Source of the DNA: Cycas panzhihuaensis
Lineage: Eukaryota; Plantae; Cycadophyta
DNA: 64,000 nt
Assembly (NCBI GenBank): GCA_023213395.1
Contig: CM041465.1
Span: 222,463,741 to 222,527,740, forward strand
Direction of reading: 5' to 3'
Below, piece by piece: positions 62,685-64,000 of this stretch. A program made the translations under genes and the position numbers. Below the pieces are notes generated by a model. It did not search any database and was not told the origin of the DNA. It saw only the letters and a program-made list of their open reading frames with translations. Each line of letters begins with the position of its first letter. Positions within the stretch are counted from its first letter, which is position 1.

Positions 62685-64000
62685 GATAAAAAGGATGAAG
62701 GTCTCGGTAGAGAGAAAGTGCTGCCGAGATCGGTAAGTGAAGAGGACTTAATGATATAAAACCATCAAAGGGGAGGCTCAAGTAGCTATTAATGAAAGCC
62801 GTAAAGGGTAAGAAGACCCAGAGATAAGGCTACCCAATGGCAAAGAGGGCTATCCGACAGATGAGAAAGAACCAGTGGTGAAAAGGATCCTCTAGAGATG
62901 CCAAAGGTCACTTAAGGAAGCAAGGCATGGTCTCAATTGGGGGGACACTCCCTTTGGGAGCCCTAGAGATATGAACGGGCAACAAAAATGGGTTCAAGAT
63001 GGCAAAATAAGCTAAATAAGTATAAACTTGAGTATATATAGAGGTGGCACGTAAAATGAGATAGAAGGAGCCTCACAGGGCCAAGGAGGGGGGTGCCATA
63101 AATGCACCCGAAGGGTAAGGAGAAAAGAAGGCCATGAAGGCAAAACGGAGGACAGACCCAAAAGGAAAAGGTGATCAGGGAAGAGAGATAGTCCCAAGGG
63201 CTATCGCAATGAGAGGAATGGAGAAAGTGCCCATCAGGCCCCCCACCTATATAAGGAAAACTAAGCGAAAACATGATTCATTTTCACAAGCTCATGATCG
63301 ATTCAGAGCCCTTCTCCTTATGTAGTGGAGTGCCGCCTGACTTTGGAGGCATGCAGAGAGAGATCAGACTGTCAAATTAGGATGTAAAAATAGCCAGTGA
63401 AACTGGAGAGATGAGATGGTGGTAGCGAGGTCGGATCTAGTGAGTGGATCACCCCTTTTGCAACCCATCTTGTCATTTAAGTTTAATGGCTTTTTAGTGT
63501 TTTTTTGTATAGCTTTTGGCCCCTTATGGGTAAATGGTGATCTCTTGGAGTCTAAATTAGACCCAACAAGAGGGGCGACTAGGGCATTAGGTAGCCCTAG
63601 TCCTGGTGGGCCAGAGCATGGCCCGCCTAGATAAAAATTTTGATTTTTTTTAGGCAAGAAACCCCCCCTAATGTAGGGGTATCATTAGCACCGTGGTAAA
63701 GATTGTGGTGCCATAAACTTTGCCACAAGGCCACTGAGATTGCACTAAAAACTTAGTGGGCCCCATACTAAACTTTGTGGTACTGCAGAGTTTAGCGCGG
63801 TGCAGAGGCAGATAGACTAAAAACATAAAGGATGGCCCAAAGGAGTGCCAAATGTCAATCAGGAAGGAATGAGGGGCTGTCCTAAAAGTAGGTAGGTAAG
63901 TTTAGATGAGTTTTGGCTGGTTTTTTCAGGTGTTTTATAGGTGGTTATCGTGGTGGACAACAGTGAGAACATAGGAGTGGCTATGCTTAGCTTCATTGAG

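Noticed and set aside
63364-63657. Possible G-patch (KMGCKRGDPL)
   Set aside because: Too short and degenerate to support.

Overview
AT-rich plant nuclear DNA; the gene style and TE landscape suggest a gymnosperm, which is an inference. It holds one intact host gene, a two-exon non-RD LRR-XII receptor-like kinase (EFR/FLS2/Xa21 class, minus strand, 16416-13042). Almost everything else is LTR retrotransposons. These are: two copies of a non-autonomous Copia-derived family (1-3536, 18785-22461); a decayed chromovirus (3537-9962); a nest of a CRM-like Gypsy containing Copia A, which itself contains Copia B and a young GC-rich Tat/Ogre-type element (24333-51341); further relics; a poly(A) TPRT insertion; and an older Tat relative at the right edge. 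The most notable observation is that the leader between the PBS and gag of Copia B carries a mosaic of host-gene coding fragments, antisense to the element. One is a clearly recognisable PEX14 C-terminal segment and another is a plant nucleotidyltransferase segment. Other elements here also carry non-homologous, gene-like sequence in the same post-PBS slot. Second, the young Tat element encodes only Gag-protease and, in place of RT/RH/INT, carries four 85-bp hairpin repeats followed by a decayed archaeal-type RNase H. All alignments and translations were done by eye.
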